From a virus, in IMG/VR virus record IMGVR_UViG_3300045988_055798: 40,247 nucleotides of DNA; one strand, written 5' to 3'. The translations under genes were made by a program, and so were the position numbers. Position 1 is the first letter of the stretch; every line of letters begins with the position of its first letter. Under the pieces are notes generated by a model, which was given only the letters and a program-made list of their open reading frames with translations, did no database searches and was not told the DNA's origin. Positions 40,123-40,247 of this stretch are shown here, piece after piece.

Positions 40123-40247
40123 CTTCCACACCGCCTTTCACCCGCTCCTGCTGGAGCAGACGGATTTCCTGGTGGGCCAGTCCCGGCATGATAGCCCCGA
40201 AGGGCTCAAAAAAGTGGTTGGGGCCGGAGGCAAAGGCGCGTATGTCC
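40082..40247 (-). CDS. 3' part of the split head-tail adaptor gene (same gene as 1..388; 40129-40247 duplicates 1-119)
   Basis: The frame continues ...RVKGGVEDEPGGAHKAAQTG to a TAA at 40082-40084. Confidence 0.6.
   Translation of the reverse strand, partial: DIRAFASGPNHFFEPFGAIMPGLAHQEIRLLQQERVKGGVEDEPGGAHKAAQTG
40129..40247. repeat. Terminal redundancy, right copy (identical to 1-119)
   Basis: Same 119-nt string as 1-119. Confidence 0.95.

Noticed and set aside
1-40247. tRNA, tmRNA or rRNA genes
   Set aside because: No cloverleaf-like T-arm/anticodon arrangement was spotted in the few non-coding stretches. This was a scan by eye only, so tRNAscan/Infernal should confirm it.

Overview
The window is a complete tailed-phage genome. 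Bases 1-119 are identical to 40129-40247, so the molecule closes into 40128 unique bp. It is GC-rich by eye, uses AGGAGG-type ribosome-binding sites, and almost every gene is on the minus strand. That fits a phage or prophage of a GC-rich Firmicute/Clostridia-like host, which is inference only. In transcription order (descending coordinates, wrapping through the junction) the modules are as follows. Early/replication (22315->11410): HTH_17, Gp157, Rad52-like annealase, HNH, SSB, replication organiser with internal iterons, DnaB-like helicase, RusA-like resolvase, short C5-methyltransferase, XF1762-type GNAT, YopX, XRE. Next is a 490-bp structured non-coding leader. Packaging/head (10918->385): TerS, PBSX-type TerL, portal, an AT-rich 2-gene island, MuF/gp7 protein with an extra C-terminal module, DUF2213 protease-scaffold, two paralogous decoration proteins (one collagen-tailed), DUF2184-type capsid, connector. 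One neck gene is split by the linearisation point. Then a PBSX-like contractile tail (40122->32085): sheath, tube, chaperone with a -1 frameshift, tape measure, hub and wedge genes. Baseplate J, fibre genes, a multidomain endolysin and a holin follow (29848->24600). Last is an AT-richer bidirectional accessory island (24600-22316). The most unusual content is a 2.2-kb cassette inserted between the gp25-like and baseplate-J genes. It holds two tandem units of consensus promoter, ribbon-helix-helix gene, convergent ~74-nt antisense RNA and ORF6N antirepressor; the first unit is truncated. A Rha gene and a strong terminator follow, and a 17-nt inverted repeat brackets the whole cassette. Other leads: a MuF-type protein with a DUF6883-like C-terminus followed by a DUF4926-like gene, which looks like a polymorphic toxin/immunity layout; a two-helix half-ferritin gene in the head module; and three convergent overlapping gene pairs in the accessory island. 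No integrase, recombinase or partition gene is visible. All family names come from motif recognition by eye and need HMM confirmation.
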